From the NCBI GenBank assembly GCA_044356295.1, contig JBIKWN010000049.1, forward strand, positions 1-19,709: 19,709 nt of DNA. The letters are read 5' to 3'. A program made the position numbers and the translations under genes. The notes beneath the pieces are model-generated. The model made no database searches. It saw nothing but the letters and a program-made list of their open reading frames with translations, and had not been told where the DNA came from. Origin of the DNA: Bdellovibrionota bacterium. GTDB lineage: Bacteria > Bdellovibrionota_C > UBA2361 > JBIKWN01. Position 1 is the first letter of the stretch; each line of letters begins with the position of its first letter. Shown in pieces: positions 1 through 8,595 of this stretch.

Positions 1-662
1 GGTAAAACAGATGGAAGTGCAGCAGAAGCAAATCCATGCTTTGCATGAAGTTGTTCTCGGTAACATACTTCGAATGAAGCGCCTTCGAGTACTTCAGGTG
101 AGATGCGTTGGTGTGTACTTGCAAATAAAAGAGGGCGACGAGCGAATCCCTCAACAGTAGTCATTACAGCAACTGCTTGAAGTTTTGGGTCTCTCACATG
201 CGGAGCAAGTCCACCGTAGCTATCGATAATCTCATCAATACGATGCATTAAGGGCGAGGGGTCAAAAATTGCAAGATTTGTAGCCGAAGGCCCAGGGGAA
301 AAATATTGAATCGAGGCCATTTTGATAGCACGAAAGAATGATCCAGTAGGGGAACCTGCAAAAGTATTCCGCCAAGTCCGCTCTCTCCAAAGATCGGATA
401 AAACATCAACGCTTTGAGGTAGTCCCTCCTTAAGGGCGGCACCAAGGACTAGGCCGTTGATAGATCCAATACTGCTTCCTATGATGATTGAAAATGGGTT
501 TTTTTCACTTAAAAATGGAATAAGAGCTCTGAGTGCGCCGGCCTGATATGCCGCTCTTGAACCGCCGCCGCTGAGCACTAGCGCAAGGTTCCCAGAGGTG
601 TCCAAAGTGCTTTTCTTGAATCCTACTGATGGGTTACTGTCTTCTTGTGGTTTACGTCTCAT
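1..662 (-). CDS. Patatin-like phospholipase family protein (partial, runs off the left edge)
   Basis: Not in the ORF track. I translated it manually from ATG at 662, which is preceded by an AAGGA SD-like sequence: MRRKPQED...NLALVLSGGGSRAAYQAG...IIGSSIGSING...GFASAALPSVL. This has the glycine-rich GGGxR oxyanion loop, the GxSxG nucleophile and the ASAAxP block. The frame is open to the window edge. Confidence 0.9.
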   Translation of the reverse strand, partial: MRRKPQEDSNPSVGFKKSTLDTSGNLALVLSGGGSRAAYQAGALRALIPFLSEKNPFSIIIGSSIGSINGLVLGAALKEGLPQSVDVLSDLWRERTWRNTFAGSPTGSFFRAIKMASIQYFSPGPSATNLAIFDPSPLMHRIDEIIDSYGGLAPHVRDPKLQAVAVMTTVEGFARRPLLFASTHQRISPEVLEGASFEVCYREQLHAKHGFASAALPSVL

Positions 663-784
663 CTGTCCTTACAGATATGATGTCGGAATTATTAAAAGCG
701 TTCTAAACAATTGAGCGCTAAATTGTTGTTTTTATGGTGTAAAAAACCATTCCAGGCTTTCCAAACAAGGTAGATCCAGAAAAA

Positions 785-1660
785 TTAGGATAATAATTGA
801 GCATTAAAGCTAATTTGAAAAGTGAAGTTTTCCTCAGGTTTTAATACTGGAGCAGGGGAAATAACTCCTGATTCAACACACACAAATGTAGGTTCTAAGA
901 GATCTTTTAAACCGTGTTGAGTTCCAGGATTCCAAAGAACAGAACCACCGCAATTTTCAGTTTTAATTGTTAGCTGATATTTATCTGAAATGACTTCTAA
1001 GTTTTTGTCAGATTTTGGATATACCCGGTCGAATGGTGGGTGAAAAAGTGTTGGAAAAGGGCTCTCATGTTCTTTAAGTGAAAGCTTATCAAGATTATCA
1101 AGGTAAGAGCCTCCGAGTCCTGAAACGATTGTCTTTGATGGATCAGTTGTTTCCCAATAGCAATGAATAACAAACTGAGCGGGAGCTTCCTCTGTTCCAA
1201 TATTTTTTATTGAGCAGTTTATTTCAATATCACTTTGTTTTGAGAAGTCATAGGAAACGGTTAATCTAAAATTGGTCTCGTTATATCCAGGAGCAGATGC
1301 ATGTGTAGTTGTAAAATGAATTGCGTTTGCGTCGTCTATATTTAGACAATCCCAAACACTTTTCCTCGCATTACCATGTTGCGGCTCTACAATTGTTTTA
1401 TTAGGAAGTAAAAGCCCTTTACCAAAATACGGCGCACAGATTGGGGCACCTCCGCGGTAAGCTGTCTTTCCATCTGTTATAGCTGACTGATTATTTTCAA
1501 AAAGTATAGGGGTTCCTTCTTTCTCCCATCCAAGTAATTGTCCACCAAATCGAGATAACCTAAAAATATTATCTCGGTTTCTTACTTCAATAATATCAAG
1601 TTCACCACGTTGATAGTTGGTAACATTACAAAGAGGTGTTATTTTTTTTGTTTCGATCAT
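785..1660 (-). CDS. D-hexose-6-phosphate mutarotase / aldose 1-epimerase family protein (YeaD-like)
   Basis: Motifs RGGAPICAPYFG (cf. RGGIPICWPWFG), QHGNAR (cf. HGFAR), IHCYW, FDRVY, VLWNPG and FVCVE. Its start overlaps the menE 3' end by 35 bp. Confidence 0.85.
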   Translation of the reverse strand: MIETKKITPLCNVTNYQRGELDIIEVRNRDNIFRLSRFGGQLLGWEKEGTPILFENNQSAITDGKTAYRGGAPICAPYFGKGLLLPNKTIVEPQHGNARKSVWDCLNIDDANAIHFTTTHASAPGYNETNFRLTVSYDFSKQSDIEINCSIKNIGTEEAPAQFVIHCYWETTDPSKTIVSGLGGSYLDNLDKLSLKEHESPFPTLFHPPFDRVYPKSDKNLEVISDKYQLTIKTENCGGSVLWNPGTQHGLKDLLEPTFVCVESGVISPAPVLKPEENFTFQISFNAQLLS

Positions 1661-2777
1661 ACAAATATTGATTCTTTAATTCTTGAGTCATTATCTTTCC
1701 GAGAGTATTTCGTGGGAAAGCATCACAGATAAAAGTATCAGAGATCTGAGCATACGGTGGAAGTATTGAATTATAAATAGATAAAAGATCTGGTTTTGCA
1801 TCTTTTCCTTCAAGTGCAAGAATTATCTTATTCTCAGAGCGATTATCTGGTATTGGAAAGATTGTTGAGTGAAAAATAGATTCATCATCAAGTTTTTTTG
1901 AAATTTTGTGGATTACAGAATCTAGGTTTAACAACTCGCCATTAATTTTTATAGTGTTTTTTGATCTTCCAAGAGGTTTTATGAAATCTTGGTTCTGTTC
2001 AAAGTAGTCATCGGTGACAAACCAACCATTCTGTTTAGGATCTGTATAGCTAACCTTGTTATCTTTAATTTCAAAGTATCCTTCAAAAAGGCAGGGGCTT
2101 TTTATTGAAAGAAGATTATCCTGAGTAATATTCCACTCAACATGCGGCAAGGGTTTTACGAATAAGTACTGGTCGTCTACAAGCAATTCTTTTGTGACAA
2201 TTCTAGCAGCAAGCATTGCTGAGCTTTCTGTCATTCCAAATGTATTTATTATTTGCCAACCCAATGCTAATGCTTTTTTAGCAACCGAATTCGGCAGTAA
2301 TCCACCACCTATCAGCACTGCTTTTAAAGACTGTGGGGGATGTAAATTCCCTTCAGTGATATCGAAAAGTTGAGTTGGTACTAAGGATGTATGGGTGACA
2401 TTGTTAACTAAGAGTTGATTGTGAAAATCAACAACATTCCAGTTTGAAAAAGATAAGAGAGAAGCACTACTTAACCAACTTCGCGCTGCTATAGCTAAAC
2501 CTCCGACATGAAAAAGAGGAAGAGGATTGAGCCAAATATCATTTTTTGAAGCACCGAGAAATTGATTTACAGAATCTGCCGCAGCAAGAAATGAGTGTTT
2601 CTTAATCGCAGCAATTTTGGCAGTAGTCGTTGTACCTGACGTTGCAACTAAAATCAGAGACTGGTTGTTATCAATTGTTTTCAGTATTTGATTAAAAAAC
2701 TCTTTATCTTCATTACTGATTCGTGGATTGAAAATCGCTATATTTTGTTCTGATTCAAAGTCAATAATCGTTGTCAT
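1626..2777 (-). CDS. menE: O-succinylbenzoate-CoA ligase (compact AMP-binding enzyme)
   Basis: Adenylate-forming motifs TSGTT..AK, LPLFHVGGL, SLVPTQL, FGMTE, GR...IKINGE and PRNTLGK; lies directly downstream of menC. Start moved from 2870 to ATG 2777 (10 bp after the menC stop) to avoid an 83-bp overlap. Confidence 0.88.
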   Translation of the reverse strand: MTTIIDFESEQNIAIFNPRISNEDKEFFNQILKTIDNNQSLILVATSGTTTTAKIAAIKKHSFLAAADSVNQFLGASKNDIWLNPLPLFHVGGLAIAARSWLSSASLLSFSNWNVVDFHNQLLVNNVTHTSLVPTQLFDITEGNLHPPQSLKAVLIGGGLLPNSVAKKALALGWQIINTFGMTESSAMLAARIVTKELLVDDQYLFVKPLPHVEWNITQDNLLSIKSPCLFEGYFEIKDNKVSYTDPKQNGWFVTDDYFEQNQDFIKPLGRSKNTIKINGELLNLDSVIHKISKKLDDESIFHSTIFPIPDNRSENKIILALEGKDAKPDLLSIYNSILPPYAQISDTFICDAFPRNTLGKIMTQELKNQYLYDRNKKNNTSL

Positions 2778-2787
2778 GACAGTTCTT

Positions 2788-3744
2788 TTATAGTTCTTGC
2801 CAAGGAATGTTTTCAAGGAGTTTATCAAACCCAAAACCTGTACCCGTGGCTGGGACAAAAAGTCCATCACGGTCGGTTATTTCATTAAAAAAAGGATCTT
2901 CTTGATAGGCAGAAAAGCTTGAATAGCCACCGGTTAGAACCTCATTGGGATGCTTTTTAAAAAGCATCCCACTTGCCCATGCGGCTGCAGATACGCCTAG
3001 TGCATGATCCATAGAGCTTGTTACTACAATCTTTCTTCCTCTCTTCACTTCTTCTTCAGCAATACTTTCATACGTTTGTACCATTGGTTTAATTATTCGA
3101 ACGCTATAATGTTCGCCAATAAAGTCAGAAGAATAAAAATCATAGGCTAGGGGAATAGTATGGCTCTCTGCAAGCAAAGCCCAATCTTTTTGATTGTACG
3201 GAATTGGATCTTCAATAAATTCGATTTTTGATTTTACTGCATCACTTAGTGATAACCAAAAAATTAAAAAAGTATCCAACGTATAAAGTGCATTTGCATC
3301 GAGCCGAATTTTTTTAGAATACTCGGCGCAAGCTGTAACATTTTTAAAATCTTTTTCCGGATCGCAGGTGAGTTTAATTTTTATACATTCATGTATAAAA
3401 GATTCATTTTGAATTTTGATAAATGAATCGACATCTGTTACGAGCCTATGACTTTTTGGAACTGTTACAGAAGCGAAAAGAGAGACCTGTTGTTTTCTAG
3501 CTTCGGCATCAATCTCGGCAAAATGGAGTGCGGCACTGACGAGGTTTGTTTTGATTTTTGAGTTCCTTATCGAATTTATTTGCTCTTCGAGAGGTTCATC
3601 GCCAAATTCTGTCCAAGGAAAGACAGAGCTGTATCCCCCGTCATATTTAATAATAACTCCATGACGTGTTGTCTTTTTCTGGACAGCTGAATTGAGGGCT
3701 CCTTTTGATTTCAATGTGAAGTGCGAGAATGCTCTTGGTACCAT
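2788..3744 (-). CDS. menC: o-succinylbenzoate synthase (enolase superfamily)
   Basis: KxK motif (CIKIKL), metal ligands RLDAN, FIEDP and LAYD, plus IIKP. The N-terminus contains PWxExGDxxLEEQ. Men-cluster context supports the call. Confidence 0.88.
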   Translation of the reverse strand: MVPRAFSHFTLKSKGALNSAVQKKTTRHGVIIKYDGGYSSVFPWTEFGDEPLEEQINSIRNSKIKTNLVSAALHFAEIDAEARKQQVSLFASVTVPKSHRLVTDVDSFIKIQNESFIHECIKIKLTCDPEKDFKNVTACAEYSKKIRLDANALYTLDTFLIFWLSLSDAVKSKIEFIEDPIPYNQKDWALLAESHTIPLAYDFYSSDFIGEHYSVRIIKPMVQTYESIAEEEVKRGRKIVVTSSMDHALGVSAAAWASGMLFKKHPNEVLTGGYSSFSAYQEDPFFNEITDRDGLFVPATGTGFGFDKLLENIPWQEL

Positions 3745-3847
3745 GAGATTTTGTATCGATTTGGATTAAGTCGGATATATATAGATATTTTACTATTTTT
3801 CAAATTTAGTTTGATTATGGAGCTAAAATATTGGATTCTCTCGGGCA

Positions 3848-6121
3848 ATGCAGTACGAATCTAGGGGCTCTAACGACGAACCTCCCATCCCTATAACGCC
3901 TTCTTTACGTGATGGTACACAAGATTTTCGGAATTTTACAGCGTCCGCTTCTCATGAATCGCATGAATCGACCCCAGAAAAGTCGCTTCTCGATGGCCGT
4001 CCGATGCTTGAATATCTCGATGAATTCGCTCGTCTCGTTCTAGCAAACGATGTAGTCATTCTTGATGCTGAAACGGGGGCAGGAAAATCTACACTTGCTC
4101 CTGCTCATTTACTCAAATTATTCAAAAAAGTTATTTGTACACTACCTCGAAGACTTCTTGCACATGCTCTTGGTCCATTTGTCGCAAAAGAGAAAGGTCT
4201 TGAATATGGTAAAGATGTTGGAGTAATGACCGCTCAAGTAAAAGAAGCTTCAGCAAAAGATACTAGGCTTTTGTTTTGTACTGATGGATGGGCCGCTCAA
4301 GTTTTAATGAGTCAGAATAATAAAGATGATAATCCTCATAAAGATAAGAGCACCTCTAAAGCTTGGTGGAAGAAAGGAGAACCAGACGCTTTAGTTATCG
4401 ATGAAGCTCATGAACAAAATTTAGCGCAAGAATTGCTTTTGGCTCATTGGAGAGAACAATATATTAGATGGTCTCAAGGGACTATTTCAGATGGAGTGCC
4501 TGTTCCAAAACCACCAAAACTTATTTTAATGTCTGCAACATTAGGTATAGAGAAGCTTCTAAGGTTCTTTATTGAAAGTTGTGGGGTTAAAGAGGGCTCC
4601 ATTGATCTCCTAAAAGTTCCTGGAAGACAATTCCCAATAGAAGATAGATACCAACCAAACCTTTTTATTCCAGATGAGATATTGAAGACTTCCCAGGAAG
4701 GAAGAGAAACTTTGATTTTTGAAAAAGGCAAACGTGAGATCGAAGAATTATGTGATGCCATTAATGTCATTGGTGCCCCAACTATTACTTTGCCCCTCTA
4801 CCGTGATTTAACAAGAGAGAGGCAAGAGGCATGTTTTAGAAAATATTTGCTTCCAAGAACTATTGTTTCAACAAATATTGCTGAATCAGGAGCTACGCCT
4901 GATGTAGATGAGGTCATTAGTACAGGATTGATGAAGGCATTAATGCCAAATGAACGCGGAGGGTATTGTCTCTCTATTCTAGAATGTCCTCAATTTAATT
5001 TAACTCAGCAGAGAGGGCGCGTTGGAAGAACAAAGCCTGGTATTTGGACACTAGCTGGTGGATCTCCGTTTGAAAAACGCGATGAGATGTTACCCCCTGA
5101 ATTAAGACGTGCACCTCTTGAAGGAATGATGCTCAATATTATTAAAGGGGGATTTAATCCTGAGAATTTATCGTTTTTAAACGGTGATTCTAAAACATCT
5201 GAACGTATGAAAGCCGCTGTGTTAAATCTAAAATCTTTCGGATATGTAACACACACTAATCAAGGACTACAGCTTACAGAGAAAGGTGTGAAGTTTAAGC
5301 CTTATTCAGTTCGTTTTGAACTCAACGTTTTCTTAAATGAACTTAATGAAACTGTTGAAAAAGAGAAAGTTAAAAATCCTGCATTAGCAAAAGATCTTGA
5401 GAGATGGGGGCTCATTATTGCCGCTGTTGTGGAAGTTGGAAGGATTCATAAGCGTTGCGGGGACGATCCAACGAGGGAACCTTGGTTTCTTTTTGGAGAG
5501 ATAGCAAATGTAACGACAAATGATATTTTTGCACATGCCATTCTATTCACTAAAACTTTTAACATGGTTTCTACTTTAGCAATAGAATCTCAAAAAGAGG
5601 TTTCACCGAAATATTCATTTGAACAGAAGCTTGAAGCTCAGTTTGCAAATCTTCATCTTGATCCAAGAAAATATCAGCAAGTATTAGATATGCTGGATAT
5701 GATGACAAAAGGAGATCTTGATAAGGTACTGAGTAAAAGAGAACCTGATGAATTACTGGTGATGCCTGATAGCATTCCTAAAAATGGTACCGAAACAAGA
5801 ATCGTTGATGCTCTTATTAAAGGATTTAAAAATAATATCTTTGAGGTTATTCCCCAACCAAAAGAGCCAAAGAAAACCGAGAAAAAAGCAAAATATTATC
5901 AAAAACCAAAAGAGCAGATTTATGTAAGACATTCCGGATCAAGAGATGATTCTGAACCTTACGAAGTTGTAAAAAGTACCCTTATAAAAACCCCAACCAA
6001 TAATGATTGCATCATAGGATTGCCGTTTAGTCTTGAGAAAGATACAGGTGAAGTTGTGCACTTACTGCAATTCCCAGTTCTCGTATCGAGGCAACGCCTT
6101 AAGGGAGTACTTGAGAAGTAG
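3848..6121 (+). CDS. Divergent DEAH/RHA-family (HrpA/HrpB-like) ATP-dependent helicase
   Basis: Motif I AETGAGKST, Ia TLPRRLLA, Ib CTDG, II DEAHE, III MSAT, GRQFPIE, IV LIFEKGKREI, V STNIAESGAT, VI QQRGRVGR, followed by a WH/HA2-like LTEKG segment. Confidence 0.9.
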   Translation: MQYESRGSNDEPPIPITPSLRDGTQDFRNFTASASHESHESTPEKSLLDGRPMLEYLDEFARLVLANDVVILDAETGAGKSTLAPAHLLKLFKKVICTLPRRLLAHALGPFVAKEKGLEYGKDVGVMTAQVKEASAKDTRLLFCTDGWAAQVLMSQNNKDDNPHKDKSTSKAWWKKGEPDALVIDEAHEQNLAQELLLAHWREQYIRWSQGTISDGVPVPKPPKLILMSATLGIEKLLRFFIESCGVKEGSIDLLKVPGRQFPIEDRYQPNLFIPDEILKTSQEGRETLIFEKGKREIEELCDAINVIGAPTITLPLYRDLTRERQEACFRKYLLPRTIVSTNIAESGATPDVDEVISTGLMKALMPNERGGYCLSILECPQFNLTQQRGRVGRTKPGIWTLAGGSPFEKRDEMLPPELRRAPLEGMMLNIIKGGFNPENLSFLNGDSKTSERMKAAVLNLKSFGYVTHTNQGLQLTEKGVKFKPYSVRFELNVFLNELNETVEKEKVKNPALAKDLERWGLIIAAVVEVGRIHKRCGDDPTREPWFLFGEIANVTTNDIFAHAILFTKTFNMVSTLAIESQKEVSPKYSFEQKLEAQFANLHLDPRKYQQVLDMLDMMTKGDLDKVLSKREPDELLVMPDSIPKNGTETRIVDALIKGFKNNIFEVIPQPKEPKKTEKKAKYYQKPKEQIYVRHSGSRDDSEPYEVVKSTLIKTPTNNDCIIGLPFSLEKDTGEVVHLLQFPVLVSRQRLKGVLEK

Positions 6122-7058
6122 CAGTTCTAAGAACTAAATAGATCGAAGTGATAAGACAGAAGATAAGCTGATTTAATGCAATTTTCCCTAAAAATGAATT
6201 GAGCTTTTCACTAGGCTGGCTTTTATACAATTGAATAATAATGAGAGCAGAAATGATTAACGGAATACTAAATAGTAGGGTTGATGGATTTGCTCGAAGA
6301 GAGTCTCGATTGAGAAAAATCGCAGTTATGATGTAAGGAATTACTAAGAAGCAAATAATTGATAATTTTGAAAAACCTTCCCCATATCTTACAGCAAGGG
6401 TTTTTTTTGAAGCCCTACGATCTTGATAAATATCACGAAAATTATTGAGTCCAATCAGAGCCATCCCGAACGAACCAACTGCAATTCCATATGGTAATGT
6501 AGTAGTTAAATTCCAAGATAATGTTTGTAGATAAAAAGTTCCAACGACTGCAACAATGCCGTAATAAATCAGAACAAATAGTTCACCGAGACCATTATAA
6601 GCAAGTGGATAGGGGCCGCCTGTGTAAGCCCAACTAAAAAAAGCAGCAGAGAGTCCAACGGCAAGAATTGGCAGACCGCCTTTGATGACAAGTGGTATTC
6701 CAAAACATACAGCTATAATTATGCAAAGAAGCCCTGCACGTTTTACTTGAGAAGAAGTAAATATACCTGATTGCGTAACTCTTTTGGGGCCAAATCGCTC
6801 GTTGGTATCAGAGCCTTTGTCAAAGTCTATTGCATCGTTAAATAAATTTGATGCAATTTGCAGAAACATTGCACTGAATAATGTGCATAAAAAAATCAGA
6901 GTAAAGTTGTTAAGAGGATCCTCAAAAAAATCAACGGAGATACTTTTATGTGCATTGTAGGCGATTGCACTACCTACAATTACGGGTGAAATTGAAGCAG
7001 TCAGAGTTTTCGGACGAGCTGCTTGAATATATCCACTGAGGTTCGGCATAGATATCAT
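6099..7058 (-). CDS. menA: 1,4-dihydroxy-2-naphthoate polyprenyltransferase (UbiA family)
   Basis: ARPKTL N-terminus, Asp-rich motifs NDAIDFDKGSD and NNFRDIYQD, YTGGPYPLAYNGLGE, and multiple hydrophobic helices. An alternative start at ATG 7049 is possible. Confidence 0.93.
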   Translation of the reverse strand: MISMPNLSGYIQAARPKTLTASISPVIVGSAIAYNAHKSISVDFFEDPLNNFTLIFLCTLFSAMFLQIASNLFNDAIDFDKGSDTNERFGPKRVTQSGIFTSSQVKRAGLLCIIIAVCFGIPLVIKGGLPILAVGLSAAFFSWAYTGGPYPLAYNGLGELFVLIYYGIVAVVGTFYLQTLSWNLTTTLPYGIAVGSFGMALIGLNNFRDIYQDRRASKKTLAVRYGEGFSKLSIICFLVIPYIITAIFLNRDSLRANPSTLLFSIPLIISALIIIQLYKSQPSEKLNSFLGKIALNQLIFCLITSIYLVLRTATSQVLP

Positions 7059-7067
7059 TTAGGAATA

Positions 7068-7880
7068 TTACGGTAATCGAGGAAACTTTTTAAAGTTAGG
7101 TTTTCTTTTCTCTACAAATGCTTGTTTTCCTTCTTTTGCTTCTTCAGACATGTAGTAAAGAAGTGTTGCATTCCCTGCAAGATCTAAAAGTCCCATCTGC
7201 CCATCGCAATCTGCATTGAGTGATGCTTTAAGGCACCGAAGTGCCATCGGTGAATGTTCAAGCATTTCTCGGCACCATTTCACTGTTTCTTTTTCAAGTT
7301 GTTCGTATGGAACAACATGATTGACGAGCCCCATATCCAGTGCTTGCTGAGCATCGTACTGTCTACAAAGATACCAGATCTCTCTAGCTTTTTTTTGCCC
7401 AACAATTCTTGCTAAATAACTAGATCCCAATCCACCATCAAAGGATCCAACCTTAGGACCAGTTTGTCCAAACTTTGCATTATCAGCAGCAATTGTTAAG
7501 TCGCACACTACATGGAGTACATGTCCGCCACCAATTGCATACCCTGCAACCATTGCAACAACTGGTTTTGGAATCTGCCTAATTTGTTTCTGAACATCTA
7601 AAATATTGAGACGAGGGATACCGTCACTGCCAATATATCCAGCACTGCCACGAACTTTTTGATCACCACCTGAACAAAACGCTTCTTTGCCTTCACCGCA
7701 AAGAATCACTACACCGATAGAAGCATCTTCACGTGCAAGGTTAAAAGCTTCTTGCAGTTCGAAAACTGTTTTTGGACGGAATGCATTACGAACTTCAGGA
7801 CGATTGATAGTGATTTTACCAATACCGTCTTCAGTTTTTTCGTATTTAATATCTTCGAATTCTTTAATTTTGTTCCACAT
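7068..7880 (-). CDS. menB: 1,4-dihydroxy-2-naphthoyl-CoA synthase
   Basis: Highly conserved crotonase-fold MenB motifs: [60 protein letters not shown]. Start set at ATG 7880 (MWNKIKEF), overlapping the menH end by 17 bp. Confidence 0.97.
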   Translation of the reverse strand: MWNKIKEFEDIKYEKTEDGIGKITINRPEVRNAFRPKTVFELQEAFNLAREDASIGVVILCGEGKEAFCSGGDQKVRGSAGYIGSDGIPRLNILDVQKQIRQIPKPVVAMVAGYAIGGGHVLHVVCDLTIAADNAKFGQTGPKVGSFDGGLGSSYLARIVGQKKAREIWYLCRQYDAQQALDMGLVNHVVPYEQLEKETVKWCREMLEHSPMALRCLKASLNADCDGQMGLLDLAGNATLLYYMSEEAKEGKQAFVEKRKPNFKKFPRLP

Positions 7881-8595
7881 AAGTGCGTATAAGAGTATCA
7901 ACAATAGAAGGTTTTTCCCACATGACGCGGTGCCCAGCGTCAGGAATGATTTCTAGTTGGATATTTTTAGCAATTTTGGCGCATTCTTTTGCTAAGGTGA
8001 CAAATTTATGGTCATTTTCGCCTACTATCCAAAGCAAAGTGAAAGGAAGAGTCGAAATTTTATGAGGTAGATAATCTTGTTTACCAAGTGACCAGTTGGT
8101 CAGTGCTCGATGTAATGCTTTGCGACTAAAGTCAGACTCTTGTCGAAATGGAGTTTGTAGGGAAGTTAGAGTAGGTTGAAGATTCCAGTCTTTGATTACT
8201 TCTTCCCAAGAATCATGGAGGAACCTGTTTGCCCAATGCAGATCGTTAGTGAGACGACCGGATCTCTCGGTTTCGGTCTGAAGTCCTGGATGAGATGAGA
8301 TTATCACTGCTTTTTCAAAAATGGTTGGATCCATTGTCATCGTTTGCAGAAGGAGCCTTCCACCAAATGAATATCCGATAGCAGTTTTAGGAGAGATTTT
8401 TTTTTCTTTAAAGCAATCCAATAGAAAAGAAGGAAGCTCTTTACTATCTTTTGAAAGTAGCATTGCGTCGGTTGAGTTATTTTTATTTGCACTAAAATAA
8501 TCAATAGTGAGATATGGAATTGATAGAAACGAAAAATCACTCTTTTCACCAAGAAAGCCTGGAAAACATACTGCACTTTTATCCGGCGAGTTCAT
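7864..8595 (-). CDS. menH: SHCHC synthase (alpha/beta hydrolase)
   Basis: PGFLG oxyanion loop, GYSFGGR nucleophile elbow, SSHPGL, GENDHKF (Asp) and AGH (His). ATG 8595 forms an ATGA overlap with the menD stop, implying translational coupling. Confidence 0.88.
   Translation of the reverse strand: MNSPDKSAVCFPGFLGEKSDFSFLSIPYLTIDYFSANKNNSTDAMLLSKDSKELPSFLLDCFKEKKISPKTAIGYSFGGRLLLQTMTMDPTIFEKAVIISSHPGLQTETERSGRLTNDLHWANRFLHDSWEEVIKDWNLQPTLTSLQTPFRQESDFSRKALHRALTNWSLGKQDYLPHKISTLPFTLLWIVGENDHKFVTLAKECAKIAKNIQLEIIPDAGHRVMWEKPSIVDTLIRTYVEQN

Noticed and set aside
248..445. 65-aa minus-strand ORF in the track
   Set aside because: Out-of-frame shadow inside the patatin gene, which has clear catalytic motifs in another frame.
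3776..3803. Possible menC promoter TTGAAA-16 bp-TATATA on the minus strand
   Set aside because: The -10 lacks the conserved final T and lies in an AT-rich TATA run where such matches arise by chance.
3950..3970. Short tandem CATGAATCG duplication (SHESHES)
   Set aside because: Only two 9-bp copies within a low-complexity leader, too short to be meaningful.
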